Source: a virus
Lineage: Duplodnaviria; Heunggongvirae; Uroviricota; Caudoviricetes
IMG/VR virus record: IMGVR_UViG_3300028048_000043
Strand: one strand, 5' to 3'
DNA: 64,000 nt
Below the pieces are notes generated by a model. The model was given only the letters and a program-made list of their open reading frames with translations, did no database searches and was not told the origin of the DNA. Shown here piece by piece: positions 18,888-29,185 of this stretch (the first letter of the stretch is position 1; the number at the start of each line of letters is the position of its first letter). A program made the position numbers and the translations under genes.

Positions 18888-18897
18888 TTCTATATTA

Positions 18898-19518
18898 ATG
18901 GAAACGTTAGAAGAATATAAACCAATTGGTTCCGACCCTATTAAAACATATGGTTTCAGGTTTGGTATGTACAGATACCAGGTGGAACACTTTGATCATA
19001 ATCACAGCGGAGAGGAATTATCAAAAGATGACAGTCATTTAAGAATTCTTAAAAGTAAGTCTTATTGGGATTCTATATATGGTACCAGGATCTACAGGTT
19101 TGATGATAGTGATGTGTGGGGACCAGCTATCAATACTGCACTATATCTTGATAAACTCATTGAACAGGATGAACTTAAGCAGATGATTCTTGATGATTCG
19201 ATTGATTGGAAGTTTGAAGATGCTTATGATTTCAAGGATAGGTTCATTACAGGAAAGTTTGACTATATATTAAGTAATCTCTTCCCAAAAGAGAAAGAAG
19301 ACGTGAAACTTCCTTATCCAGAATGTATTTCTCCTTATAATAAGTGTCCAATCTGTGGTGGCGAACTTGATGAATCAATCCTGGAAATGGAGAACGCTGT
19401 TGATGTGTTCAACTCACATGTCGGAACAAATTACTTTGGGGAACCAGATGGATGGTGGCATGAAGTACACAGATGTCCACATTGTGATAAGTTGTTTTTT
19501 ATAGAGGAAAGCTGTTAA
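18898..19518 (+). CDS. hypothetical protein with C-terminal Zn-ribbon
   Basis: CPICGGELDE ... HRCPHCDKLFF. Confidence 0.45.
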   Translation: METLEEYKPIGSDPIKTYGFRFGMYRYQVEHFDHNHSGEELSKDDSHLRILKSKSYWDSIYGTRIYRFDDSDVWGPAINTALYLDKLIEQDELKQMILDDSIDWKFEDAYDFKDRFITGKFDYILSNLFPKEKEDVKLPYPECISPYNKCPICGGELDESILEMENAVDVFNSHVGTNYFGEPDGWWHEVHRCPHCDKLFFIEESC

Positions 19519-19523
19519 GAAAT

Positions 19524-19555
19524 AAAGGGCGGTTATTTACCGTCCTTTATTTCTT
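19524..19555. terminator. hairpin terminator between convergent genes
   Basis: AAAGGGCGG ttattta CCGTCCTTT followed by T-run. Confidence 0.55.
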
Positions 19556-21338
19556 TTCCGTATCCATCTATCCATTTCCACTCGCCGTCTTCTTTAACGT
19601 GGAATTTCGATTCATCCGATTCTGAATCATATATTGTTTTATCTATATCTTCAAACCATCTAATGTGGTGGTTCGTATTGTATTTTCCGTTTTCGTAACT
19701 TACTTTTCCTGGGAATGTATAAACTTCCTTGTTTTCGTTATCGAATATCGTAAATTTTCCATCCTTTTCTATAATCGAATAAAACTCGTTATCGTAACCA
19801 AATGAGTCGATACAAAATCCAATCATAGATGGTTCATGTTCCTGTTTAAAATTTTTCAAACTATCTGTATATGCTCTTGAATACATATCAGTCATTGCCT
19901 CTTCGTCAAGTATTTCCAACAAATCTATTGTATCGTCGTACTTATCTATCGAAACGGCAAACCCCTTCTTACTTATATGAATACCTCTTACTCCTGAAAG
20001 CTCATAACCCCAATAATATGTTTTATATCCGTCTTTATATTTTAAAAATAATGGCGTGGTTGCATCATCCGTTTTTGATAGGATTGCATCTGCCCATTCA
20101 TCTAGACACCATTTAAATCCATAATAAGATGGCATGTCATCCATGTTTATCAGTTCTACAGGAAACATATTCCATTTTTCATCGGATGTTCTTTGAAGCG
20201 CAATAAGTTCATCGTTGAAATCTCCGCGAGGTATACGAACGATTCTCTGAAATGGACCATCTGGAACACGTCTTAAGCTTTTCATCCCTACTATATCAAA
20301 TGATCCATCTTCATATAAACCGATCACAGCTTTTTCATCGTCCCAATATTCTGGACTCGTGTCATATTTTTCGACCCATTCTCTAAAAACCGGTACATAT
20401 GAATCATCTAATATGTTGAACGCTATGTCTTTGTTTCTGAATATTACGACGTTTCCCTCCACGAAAGTTCCGTTTATGTCATCAAGAAGCAATCTTTCTA
20501 TCTTTCCTTCATCTTCGATATAAACATCAATCTTCTGTTCAGACCCTGGTATATTATGATGTATAACGAGATATTTCATCTCAGCGTCTATTTCATCAGG
20601 AAGAGTAAAATCGTTTCCGGGAACCTCTTGAGAAAGTATATCAAAATCATATATCCAGTCTTCTGTTATAAATTTGTCTTCTTCTACAGAATATAACATG
20701 TATTTGTCGCCTGAATTGTTGCATATCTGTATTATGCTTGTGTCTCCGAATGAATCTTCTGTCGGCTCTCTATATGTTACAGTTTTAAGAATTTCACTTT
20801 TCTTTCCATCTTTATACTTATAAAGTGTGATTTCCCAATCATCATCTATAACATATGGGTAATAATCACAGCAAACATTGGCTGTCATTCCTGGATAGGT
20901 TACAAACTTTTCTCTAGAGAAATCATAAACAAATTCCAGATCGTCACCAGTTAATGATTGTGATGCGTTAACTATAAATGTGTCTGGTCCACCACGATAT
21001 ATTTCTCTAACAAAAAAACCGTTGCTGTTCATACCAACACCTAGAGGTTTCCCTGTTTTTTCGGATACTATGATACATACCTTATCACTCCTTTCCATTT
21101 TTAAAACCTGAAAAGGAAGACCTTCGAGAAATCTTATGCCATTTTGTATTCTTACATCCTTTACAACAACACATTTTTCTCCACCGAAAAATTCGAATGA
21201 GCATAATTTTCCATCAGGAAGCATTATGTCTTGGCATCCGTTATCATATTCAATAACGGTTAATTTTCCTTTTTTCTCTCTTTTTGTTTCCGTAATTGTA
21301 CTTTCATTTACGGATTCTTTATATTGAAAATATTTCAT
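19533..21338 (-). CDS. large protein, member of (D/R)EWV(D/E) paralog family
   Basis: 601 aa; shares FREWVEKYD motif region with 22866-24116, 24526-25467, 25988-27316, 53637-54668. Confidence 0.5.
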   Translation of the reverse strand: MKYFQYKESVNESTITETKREKKGKLTVIEYDNGCQDIMLPDGKLCSFEFFGGEKCVVVKDVRIQNGIRFLEGLPFQVLKMERSDKVCIIVSEKTGKPLGVGMNSNGFFVREIYRGGPDTFIVNASQSLTGDDLEFVYDFSREKFVTYPGMTANVCCDYYPYVIDDDWEITLYKYKDGKKSEILKTVTYREPTEDSFGDTSIIQICNNSGDKYMLYSVEEDKFITEDWIYDFDILSQEVPGNDFTLPDEIDAEMKYLVIHHNIPGSEQKIDVYIEDEGKIERLLLDDINGTFVEGNVVIFRNKDIAFNILDDSYVPVFREWVEKYDTSPEYWDDEKAVIGLYEDGSFDIVGMKSLRRVPDGPFQRIVRIPRGDFNDELIALQRTSDEKWNMFPVELINMDDMPSYYGFKWCLDEWADAILSKTDDATTPLFLKYKDGYKTYYWGYELSGVRGIHISKKGFAVSIDKYDDTIDLLEILDEEAMTDMYSRAYTDSLKNFKQEHEPSMIGFCIDSFGYDNEFYSIIEKDGKFTIFDNENKEVYTFPGKVSYENGKYNTNHHIRWFEDIDKTIYDSESDESKFHVKEDGEWKWIDGYGKEIKDGK

Positions 21339-21361
21339 ACCAAACCTTTCTTTATTTATTC

Positions 21362-21382
21362 TTTTTCAGTATATTTGCAAAA
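21362..21382 (+). promoter_or_regulatory. TAnnTTTG promoter element
   Basis: CAGTATATTTGCAAAAA, 23 nt before ATG 21400; near-identical to motif at 12743. Confidence 0.45.
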
Positions 21383-21399
21383 AGGTAAAACATTGTATA

Positions 21400-22287
21400 A
21401 TGGCAAAACAGAAATTCAAAGTTTGCAGAAAATCTTTATTTAGCAATCAATATTGTGTGAAGTCTGGGAAAAATATGCTCAGATATTTCTATTATAAAAC
21501 ATTCGAGCAGATGTATAACATTACAAAAAGTGAAGGTTTTATATCAGATACACCGTGGATGACAAAAAGTAGAGCTGAAGCATATGCAGCTATTCTAAAC
21601 GACGAAAAGAATCATTCTGGAAATGGAGTGTTTCATGTTGTACCTGTATTTAAATCAAATGATACTGTATATGAATCTCCTGTTCCTAGATTTGTTGTCG
21701 TTCAGACAATGACGTCGATGGGTTCACCAATTGATTTTGGAGAAGTGATGTCATTAAAGTACGGGTTGATTGATTTTGCATCAGCGTATCTTCAGCCATA
21801 TAGCGACGCTTTTGGAGATTGTATATCTTTCGGGTCAATACTGTCAGCCAGGATAAAGGAGATTTCTGGGGAATTGCCTGAGTCTGAAAAGAAAGAGCTT
21901 GCTGTAGAAGAAACATCTATTAAGAAAGCAATAGAGGTTGAGAATAAAATAGGAAAGGAATGCAGAGATAATGAAACTCGTCTTTTCGAGCTTCATGAAA
22001 AGACAAACATAGACAACTTCAACAAGGATAGGATTCCATCCATTACAGATTATACTGGAGCGACTGAACGTCTGAATAATCTTCGTGAGAAGCAGAACAA
22101 TACAAAATCAAAAAATGATGCTATAAAAGATGCGGTTTTAAGTATTGTTGCGGATGCAATTCGTGAAAATTCAAAATGGAACGGGAACGGTATGTTTGAC
22201 GACAGCGAGCTTGCCGATCTAGTTTTAGCCGGAATGAGGTTACAGCGACAGATTGGTGAGACGGAAGTAAAAAGAAAAAATTCGTAG
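21400..22287 (+). CDS. hypothetical protein
   Basis: 295-aa ORF. Confidence 0.45.
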   Translation: MAKQKFKVCRKSLFSNQYCVKSGKNMLRYFYYKTFEQMYNITKSEGFISDTPWMTKSRAEAYAAILNDEKNHSGNGVFHVVPVFKSNDTVYESPVPRFVVVQTMTSMGSPIDFGEVMSLKYGLIDFASAYLQPYSDAFGDCISFGSILSARIKEISGELPESEKKELAVEETSIKKAIEVENKIGKECRDNETRLFELHEKTNIDNFNKDRIPSITDYTGATERLNNLREKQNNTKSKNDAIKDAVLSIVADAIRENSKWNGNGMFDDSELADLVLAGMRLQRQIGETEVKRKNS

Positions 22288-22290
22288 TAA

Positions 22291-22575
22291 ATGGTAGCAA
22301 GACTTAAAAACGCTCCAGAGGAAACTTGGGCTGATGTCGAAACAACAAACGGCGAATATTTCTATGATAAACTTTCAAGGCAAGTTTTTCATAGAGATGA
22401 GTTAGAATTTCCACTAAGCATCAATGTAGAGAAGTTCAGGTGGGAAGCGGCAAAAGATATACTCGCAGCCGCAAACGCATCTCAATCTATGGTTCATCTT
22501 ACTACAGAACAACTTGTTGAACATTCAATAGAGACTGCAAATGAATTAATAAAACAATTAACAACTAAACGATGA
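22291..22575 (+). CDS. hypothetical protein
   Basis: 94-aa ORF. Confidence 0.4.
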   Translation: MVARLKNAPEETWADVETTNGEYFYDKLSRQVFHRDELEFPLSINVEKFRWEAAKDILAAANASQSMVHLTTEQLVEHSIETANELIKQLTTKR

Positions 22576-22841
22576 AACTACAGATGGTAAGGGGCTGTGT
22601 ATGTGACAGTCTTAATGTTGACGGAAAGGAAGAAATTGATCTCACAGATGATGAAAGGGCGCTCGTGTTACGGACAATTCTAAACAGCGAATTGTTGAAA
22701 AAAAATATTCTGTCAAAACCAGGAAGTTTAAATCAGCTGCTTCAATTTGTCGCCAGGGAATATTTCGATACATATGAAGTATCTGATGAGCCTTGTGACT
22801 GCTGTGATGATTATGTTGAAACGTTCGAACTAGAAATTTAA
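22572..22841 (+). CDS. hypothetical protein
   Basis: 89-aa ORF, start overlaps upstream stop. Confidence 0.4.
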   Translation: MKLQMVRGCVCDSLNVDGKEEIDLTDDERALVLRTILNSELLKKNILSKPGSLNQLLQFVAREYFDTYEVSDEPCDCCDDYVETFELEI

Positions 22842-22868
22842 AAAGGAAGCTAACCGGCTTCCTTTTTA
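22842..22868. terminator. hairpin terminator between convergent genes
   Basis: AAAGGAAGC taaccg GCTTCCTTT TT. Confidence 0.55.
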
Positions 22869-24116
22869 AATTTCTGTTATCTTTCCATCTGGATATGCTA
22901 TTTTAACATTGTCATTCATTTTATCGAATTCTATATTTTCTATCCAGTTGAACGTGTTTTCCGTAAACAGACCGATTTTTTCGCTTTCTGTATATAAAAC
23001 CAAATAGCCAGTTGCTTTGATAACTTCGTATTCGAACGCTTCGATGTTTTCTTCATCAGCGATATACTTCCCCTTTTCTTTCCAGAATACTTTTAAATAA
23101 TCCCCTTTAGCCAGAATACCAATACTGCTTCCGGAAATATAAAGAAGTTTAACTATATAGTCGCATTCAAACATTTCTATTTTTTTGGATTTCTGTGAGA
23201 GTACTGGTATATTGAAGAACGTTTTTCCATCTTTAACGATCACAAGAAATTCTAACCCAATTCCAGGTTTCCTTGGGCATAGTCTTATATCGTCTACCCA
23301 TTCTTTCAGGATGAAAGGTTTTAGGTCTTTGTTTATATCCAGTTTCGGATATTCTTCTGCCTCTATTATGTTACACTTTCCGTCGCTCAACCTTTTTACA
23401 TATAGCGGATAGTTTAATCCGAACCTTCTCCATGACATTCCTTTTTCAGTTTCAACGATATGATATGGTCCACCATCAATTTTTTCTTCGCTTGGAACTA
23501 TCTCAAATATTCTTTTTTCTGGAGAATCTACATAAACGAGATAATAATACCCAACACCAAGAATAGGCACTTTTGATAGTTCGCATATCCAATTTCTTCC
23601 GTTAAAAAGACCAAATCGTTCTTTTCTTGTGTCAGGATCCATAAGTTTTATTTCTGGAATCTGTATCTGATGAGTAACTTGTATTATGTCTCTTATATCA
23701 AGATTTCCTGTATCAACGATGTGATTGTTTTCATCTATTATTATTTTGTAGATATCTTCTTTTGATAAATTTCCGTATTCATCCCAATCATATAATACAA
23801 AGAATCTTGATTGGAATTTAGGGAGTTCTATCTTTCGATCGTCATATAACTTATACATCAGCCTGTGATTGTTAAGTCTATTATATTTCGTCTCGAACCC
23901 ATCGGTCTTATCAAACAGGATGAATACCTTGCCGTTTGTTTTTGTACCGGCAAGAACGAATCTTTCGTTTTCATCGAATAAGTAAAGATCAGATACTGTT
24001 TCTGGTGGATTTATTTTTTCTGGATAGTTTCCCCAGAGACTGAACTTTTTTGAAACAAGTTCGTCTCCAATCCACAAATCCCTCTGAACCATTTTAAATT
24101 CTTTCTTCATAATCAA
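22866..24116 (-). CDS. member of (D/R)EWV(D/E) paralog family
   Basis: 416 aa; KEWVDDIRL motif. Confidence 0.5.
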   Translation of the reverse strand: MIMKKEFKMVQRDLWIGDELVSKKFSLWGNYPEKINPPETVSDLYLFDENERFVLAGTKTNGKVFILFDKTDGFETKYNRLNNHRLMYKLYDDRKIELPKFQSRFFVLYDWDEYGNLSKEDIYKIIIDENNHIVDTGNLDIRDIIQVTHQIQIPEIKLMDPDTRKERFGLFNGRNWICELSKVPILGVGYYYLVYVDSPEKRIFEIVPSEEKIDGGPYHIVETEKGMSWRRFGLNYPLYVKRLSDGKCNIIEAEEYPKLDINKDLKPFILKEWVDDIRLCPRKPGIGLEFLVIVKDGKTFFNIPVLSQKSKKIEMFECDYIVKLLYISGSSIGILAKGDYLKVFWKEKGKYIADEENIEAFEYEVIKATGYLVLYTESEKIGLFTENTFNWIENIEFDKMNDNVKIAYPDGKITEI

Positions 24117-24498
24117 CGTGATTTATCAAACCTTCATGAGCAAGAAGTGCTGCCATTTTGTTCCAATCAACACAAAGTTGCCCGCCGGAATCAACCCGCA
24201 TTGGAGTGCCGATGTTCCTGTCGTCTATACAATAGTCTGCGTGGATCTTTTTCGAATTAGTCCACGATTCGTTTCCAAACATCTGTTGGGTCCCGGACAG
24301 TTTTATTCCGTTATCGCAAAACCAACGAATCGCTTGATCAAGAGTTCCGTTTTCACTGTCCCTCATTGTATACAATATAAGCTGGTTTCCAGCATCAACC
24401 AGCGCACGAAGAACAGGGACAGCTCCTATATCTCCGCCAACTTTTGGATATCTGTGTTCAACACAGGTTCCGTCGAAATCTATAAGTATTCTTGCCAT
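24094..24498 (-). CDS. HAD-superfamily hydrolase (nucleotidase-like)
   Basis: N-terminal ILIDFDGTCVE (DxDGT motif I). Confidence 0.5.
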   Translation of the reverse strand: MARILIDFDGTCVEHRYPKVGGDIGAVPVLRALVDAGNQLILYTMRDSENGTLDQAIRWFCDNGIKLSGTQQMFGNESWTNSKKIHADYCIDDRNIGTPMRVDSGGQLCVDWNKMAALLAHEGLINHVDYEERI

Positions 24499-24525
24499 AC
24501 ATTATTTATCCTGAATAAATAACAT

Positions 24526-25467
24526 ATGAAGCTGATAACAACAATAGACGATATAAGGTTTTATAAAAAGATGGATAAGTTTGGCAACGAATCCATTATG
24601 GTTGTTGTATATCCAGACGGAACAACGCATGTTTCAGATAGAAGAACAACATACACGATCGTCAAAGGTGGAGATGGAAGTTCAAAAAATATGCTTTTTG
24701 AGTATTTTTTCCCAGACACGAAGTATGTGGCGATGACTGTGTTTAGTTATAAAAAATTTCTTGAACATGTTATCTTATTTAGACAAGAAATAGAGTTCAA
24801 ATCGCAGTCGTTGAATTCATTCGGGATAATACACGATTTTAAAGATAATATGGATTTTATCACGGATGGAGAAAAGCTCTTGTTTGACGAGCCCGGCGTG
24901 ATAGAAATTCAATCACCAGACGCTGTAATGTGGAGAAAAAATCACGGTTCAAAAGAATATGAAATATGGATTCATGATCTCAAAGATATTATTCCAGGTG
25001 GACCGTTTGAAACTAGGTGGCCTGTTGGAAATAGAGATTTTATCTTCATTAAAAACAAGGAAGGTAAAGTAAACGCTGTAAATTTCAGGCACGGAAGTAT
25101 TATATTTAAACGCTTCGTTGATGAAGTAAGATATACATCATCGAAAGTTATAAACGCAGTGTCAAACAGTTCAAAAATAGAGACGACAAAATATTACGCT
25201 GTAATTAACGGGGAAATGTATCTATTGATTGATCTACTTGGAAAAATGATACCATGTGTATTTTCTTTGAACGTAATATGTAAAAATGGACGAAGAATAA
25301 TAGCTGAGCGAAAAGATGGAAAATATAACGTTTATAACGATAGAGGAGATTTGGTTGTTTTGTATGATAAAGACGGGAATCGTATAAACGCTGATGATGC
25401 AGAAGAGTGTTATATAGTAGATGGAGACATTATGATAATAAAAGACGGAAAGGAGATACAATTCTAA
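24526..25467 (+). CDS. member of (D/R)EWV(D/E) paralog family (divergent)
   Basis: 313 aa; FKRFVDEVRY and repeated KDG/DG beta-strand-like repeats. Confidence 0.45.
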   Translation: MKLITTIDDIRFYKKMDKFGNESIMVVVYPDGTTHVSDRRTTYTIVKGGDGSSKNMLFEYFFPDTKYVAMTVFSYKKFLEHVILFRQEIEFKSQSLNSFGIIHDFKDNMDFITDGEKLLFDEPGVIEIQSPDAVMWRKNHGSKEYEIWIHDLKDIIPGGPFETRWPVGNRDFIFIKNKEGKVNAVNFRHGSIIFKRFVDEVRYTSSKVINAVSNSSKIETTKYYAVINGEMYLLIDLLGKMIPCVFSLNVICKNGRRIIAERKDGKYNVYNDRGDLVVLYDKDGNRINADDAEECYIVDGDIMIIKDGKEIQF

Positions 25468-25505
25468 TTAAAAAGTTTCTGAATCTTTGGATTTTAGAAA
25501 CTTTT

Positions 25506-25520
25506 TTTCTATATTTGCGT
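25506..25520 (+). promoter_or_regulatory. TAnnTTTG element
   Basis: TCTATATTTGCG 8 nt before ATG 25525. Confidence 0.4.
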
Positions 25521-25524
25521 CGTT

Positions 25525-26007
25525 ATGTATGAAGGCGTTATAGAAAATAACTTTCTTGATCATTTCGAGGCAGACGGAAAATTGTGGTCAATTTTAAAAA
25601 GAAAAATAGACGGTTCAGTCGTTTTGAAAAACGGTTCGCAATATTACGATACCGTAGTGTGTTCATATGATGGAAAAGAATTGGATTTTCGTCTTTGTAA
25701 GGAATCTTCCATAAAACGCCTGTCTCCGTTTTCTGATACCGATTTTGTGCCAACATTCTATAAAGTAATTGATTTCTTTTCGTATGAGTTTAAAAAAGAA
25801 GAAATCATAGGAAACACGGCCGACGAGATATTGCTTCTGAATCCTGAGTGTATATTCTGCATCTGCGAAAAGAATCACTATGAACCAATTTTTTACATAG
25901 TTAATGGAAGGGTTGTCGCGTATTCACACGATAAAGTAAACGGAGATTGTCTTCTCATGACAAAGGAAATGTATGAAAAAATGAAGAATGAACATGCTGA
26001 TTTCTGA
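25525..26007 (+). CDS. hypothetical protein
   Basis: 160-aa ORF. Confidence 0.45.
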   Translation: MYEGVIENNFLDHFEADGKLWSILKRKIDGSVVLKNGSQYYDTVVCSYDGKELDFRLCKESSIKRLSPFSDTDFVPTFYKVIDFFSYEFKKEEIIGNTADEILLLNPECIFCICEKNHYEPIFYIVNGRVVAYSHDKVNGDCLLMTKEMYEKMKNEHADF

Positions 26008-27316
26008 TATAATTGGTTCAATAAATCAACCGTACGTCGTAAAGCGAGATTACGACGATAGTGTTTTTCCGCCGGAAATTCTTTCTGGTGGAGAAGCGTT
26101 CATGAGGTTCGCCATATCATATGACGGAGATTTGTTATTTTGTCCAGATAAGTATAATCAAAATAAAACCGTTTTGTTTTTTACACAACAAACGATGTGT
26201 AAAAAAAATATTGGAAGACCGAGCCACGTTCGATACGGAGGTAACATCGGTCCATATTATCTCGCAGCGTTTGAGTATTATGATGAAGATACGAGATATT
26301 TTATACTTGATGGTGATACTGATGATGAGGCGATTGAATTATTTCCATTGAGAAGATTATATGATAATTTATACATATTAACAATCGACGGAACATCTTA
26401 TTCTGATAATCCAAACGAATTCTTAATAACGTCCGAACCAAGACTTCTGTATATAGGGCACTCTATAGAAGTTAAGGATTGGAGCGCGGTTAGAACAAGG
26501 ATTGTGCAATTAAAATCAACAACGTTAGTTGGAGACACGGTATATAATTATTTTGACGGCAGAAAACTATGTTTCAATGATTGGTCTAAAAATAGTTCAT
26601 ATGTGGTTGTTCCTTTTGAACAGTTTGGTGGTCTTCTTTTTAGAAAGAAAGATGAGAATTTTTATCAAATCTATGATCCTGGTAGAGGAAAGGTTTTGTT
26701 CGATGGTGATCCCATGCAAATTAAGACTGTCACTCTTAACAAAGACCTAGTTATAAAAGATGTTGATTTTCCTGTAGATCCAAATCATATGAAATTTGTA
26801 AACCCCAATGGTGAAAAATCTGTCCTTGTTGTGAAACGGAAAACAGACGGCAAGATAAATGTGCTGGATAGAGATTCGACAAAGCCTGTGTTCGACGAAT
26901 GGGTTGACGATATATATGAAGCTTCTTCATATTTTGTTGGAAACGGAAGCGGAACGACAAAAATACTTGTTGCTGAAAGAAACGGAATTAAGTACGGTTA
27001 TATAAACGGATCCGTTGTCAGGGGCGATAATTTTGTATATACTAAATGTTGTGGGGGTATTTTTATTATAGCAACGAGAGAAACCGAGAATCAGGAAATT
27101 GTTGTTGATTTATATCAATTCGTACCGTTCCGTTGGGATAAATCATCAGGAAAGGCTGATGGGGTATCTTATGGTCTTCAGGACCTTTGGGTTGATGGAT
27201 GTCATATATTTGGCAAACTACAGAACGGTGTTATTGGTGAGTTCGTACCAAACTCAATATTCAAAACGTTTATGTTTGTTCGAGAGAGTACAACAAAAAT
27301 AAAAGATGATGTTTAA
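25988..27316 (+). CDS. member of (D/R)EWV(D/E) paralog family
   Basis: 442 aa; FDEWVDDIYEASSYF. Confidence 0.5.
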   Translation: MNMLISDIIGSINQPYVVKRDYDDSVFPPEILSGGEAFMRFAISYDGDLLFCPDKYNQNKTVLFFTQQTMCKKNIGRPSHVRYGGNIGPYYLAAFEYYDEDTRYFILDGDTDDEAIELFPLRRLYDNLYILTIDGTSYSDNPNEFLITSEPRLLYIGHSIEVKDWSAVRTRIVQLKSTTLVGDTVYNYFDGRKLCFNDWSKNSSYVVVPFEQFGGLLFRKKDENFYQIYDPGRGKVLFDGDPMQIKTVTLNKDLVIKDVDFPVDPNHMKFVNPNGEKSVLVVKRKTDGKINVLDRDSTKPVFDEWVDDIYEASSYFVGNGSGTTKILVAERNGIKYGYINGSVVRGDNFVYTKCCGGIFIIATRETENQEIVVDLYQFVPFRWDKSSGKADGVSYGLQDLWVDGCHIFGKLQNGVIGEFVPNSIFKTFMFVRESTTKIKDDV

Positions 27317-27332
27317 GCATCATCTTTTTTTG
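27303..27332 (+). terminator. hairpin terminator
   Basis: AAGATGATG tttaag CATCATCTT TTTTTTG. Confidence 0.55.
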
Positions 27333-27664
27333 TTTTCTTCTTCAGCAACAACCTGATGTTCATTTAACAACCTGATGTTCATTCCGTCTCCAGTTGTGTT
27401 TGGTCTTGTTATTATACCTTCTCCAGTTCCACGTTTAGGACAATTGATGCAATCCATACAAGGATTTGTACATATTCCGTTCGGTGCGTAACATGGAACA
27501 GCCATAGTATCCCCACCGGTACCTATCCACGGAAACGTTGGTTGAACAAAACCACGCGACTTTAGTTGTTCTGTAAGATTAAAGATTTCTTCGTCTTTTT
27601 CGATGATTAATTCAATCAGTCTTTCTTTAGGAAAGCGACTGTAATCCTCTTTCGTTAGTTTCAT
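27320..27664 (-). CDS. Cys-rich small protein
   Basis: CYAPNGICTNPCMDCINCPKRG. Confidence 0.4.
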   Translation of the reverse strand: MKLTKEDYSRFPKERLIELIIEKDEEIFNLTEQLKSRGFVQPTFPWIGTGGDTMAVPCYAPNGICTNPCMDCINCPKRGTGEGIITRPNTTGDGMNIRLLNEHQVVAEEENKKR

Positions 27665-28020
27665 TTATTATGTCGTTTATTTTTTAGTTCAAAATCATCT
27701 TCATCTATATATATATATTTTCCCAAAGTTTTTTGTTCCTGTAAACGCGAGAAAACAAAATCTGCTTCTTTTTTCGAAAATATAGCGTTTCCGTTTTTAT
27801 CTCTTTTACTGAAAGCAACAGTCATAGTGTAAACTTTTGCGGATATTACGGAGTTGTCGCTGTAGAAAAGATTACAAGGTTCATATGACATTCCGTTTTC
27901 ATCAAACTCCCAAGCCATAAACGGAACCATAATAACTGGAAATTCGGATGTTTTTCCAATTAGTTTAAATATCTCTTCTCTAATCTCGTCAAGAGACATA
28001 GAATGTATCTTCGCGCCCAT
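27661..28020 (-). CDS. hypothetical protein
   Basis: 119-aa ORF. Confidence 0.4.
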   Translation of the reverse strand: MGAKIHSMSLDEIREEIFKLIGKTSEFPVIMVPFMAWEFDENGMSYEPCNLFYSDNSVISAKVYTMTVAFSKRDKNGNAIFSKKEADFVFSRLQEQKTLGKYIYIDEDDFELKNKRHNK

Positions 28021-28025
28021 AGAGT

Positions 28026-28325
28026 TTATTTGATGTTCTGCAAGTCTATTATTTTTTGAGCTTCTTCATATGCATATTCCTTATCCAGCGAAGGAGATTT
28101 TTTATAAATGATGTACTGATCTCCATTTGGATTTATAATAGCTATGCCTTCATTTTTAGAAACTTTTTTAAATTCTTTCTCTATCCACCAGGTAACTAGA
28201 CTCGTTATCTCTAACGGATTTATTTTAGTAAGGTCGTCGCTTAATTTTCCGTTCTTTAATGACCGGCAGATAAAGACATCGTTTTCATCGTGTCCTATTG
28301 AATAATCTGTTGCTTTTCTCTGCAT
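28026..28325 (-). CDS. hypothetical protein
   Basis: 99-aa ORF. Confidence 0.4.
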   Translation of the reverse strand: MQRKATDYSIGHDENDVFICRSLKNGKLSDDLTKINPLEITSLVTWWIEKEFKKVSKNEGIAIINPNGDQYIIYKKSPSLDKEYAYEEAQKIIDLQNIK

Positions 28326-28326
28326 A

Positions 28327-28572
28327 TTACCATTCGTTTGATTTTAACGTCGTTGGTGGAAGATTTGATATCCATTCCTGAAGGGATCCTTTTGTTTTGT
28401 TAGCTTTCTCTCTGTTCCAATAATCTGGGCAATAGCTGTCAAATTTACAATTATTCTTGCAAAGACACCAGCAGTTTCCTTCTATATTTCTTGCCATCTT
28501 CAAATCAAACTTAGTTGGTTCCCACCACCAACATTTATAACACATTCCGTGATTTGCCATTATATTTCCCAT
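28327..28572 (-). CDS. Cys/Trp-rich small protein
   Basis: CYKCWWWEP...CWCLCKNNCKFDSYCPDYW. Confidence 0.4.
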   Translation of the reverse strand: MGNIMANHGMCYKCWWWEPTKFDLKMARNIEGNCWCLCKNNCKFDSYCPDYWNREKANKTKGSLQEWISNLPPTTLKSNEW

Positions 28573-28967
28573 TTATGTTCGATTCCAGCAAATTTGAATG
28601 CGTGCTGCAATTCATGAAGATACTTACATGTACATCTGAAAATAACTTCTCTGGCCTTGGAATGATTCTCCCATTCGTCTATACCTTCCCAATATATGGT
28701 GAGCCTATTCTCATGATAGTAGTATTCGATGAACTTTCCTTCACCTAAACCAAATATTGCATATGGTATCGTTGCATCAAATCCGTTCATTTCAAGAAGA
28801 CCTTCTGTAATTTCGATCGGAACAATGTTGTCATCTGGTTCTGTTACCATTTCATAACTGAAACCGATTTCGTTCATATGAGAATCAACGTAGTCGATTC
28901 TTATAGGTTTTTCTAGTTCTTTATGATAGAAGATGTCGTCTATCATTATGTTGTTAATATCAATCAT
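28560..28967 (-). CDS. hypothetical protein
   Basis: 135-aa ORF. Confidence 0.4.
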   Translation of the reverse strand: MIDINNIMIDDIFYHKELEKPIRIDYVDSHMNEIGFSYEMVTEPDDNIVPIEITEGLLEMNGFDATIPYAIFGLGEGKFIEYYYHENRLTIYWEGIDEWENHSKAREVIFRCTCKYLHELQHAFKFAGIEHKWEI

Positions 28968-28974
28968 ATGTGTA

Positions 28975-29181
28975 TCAGTCTTTCTGTTTTCTATCTACAG
29001 AAACAACATCCCAGAATGGAACACCTAAGCGGTTGCACCCTGTACATTTTTCTGTTATGATATATTCTTCAGTTTCGGTTATTCTTGTGTCACCATTTTT
29101 TACACTGAACCTAACATTCTTTCCTCCTGTACACGATGAAAGAATGATCACAAAAATAAGAAATAATAAAATCTTTTTCAT
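28975..29181 (-). CDS. small lipoprotein
   Basis: signal peptide plus lipobox MKKILLFLIFVIILSSC. Confidence 0.5.
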   Translation of the reverse strand: MKKILLFLIFVIILSSCTGGKNVRFSVKNGDTRITETEEYIITEKCTGCNRLGVPFWDVVSVDRKQKD

Positions 29182-29185
29182 GTGT

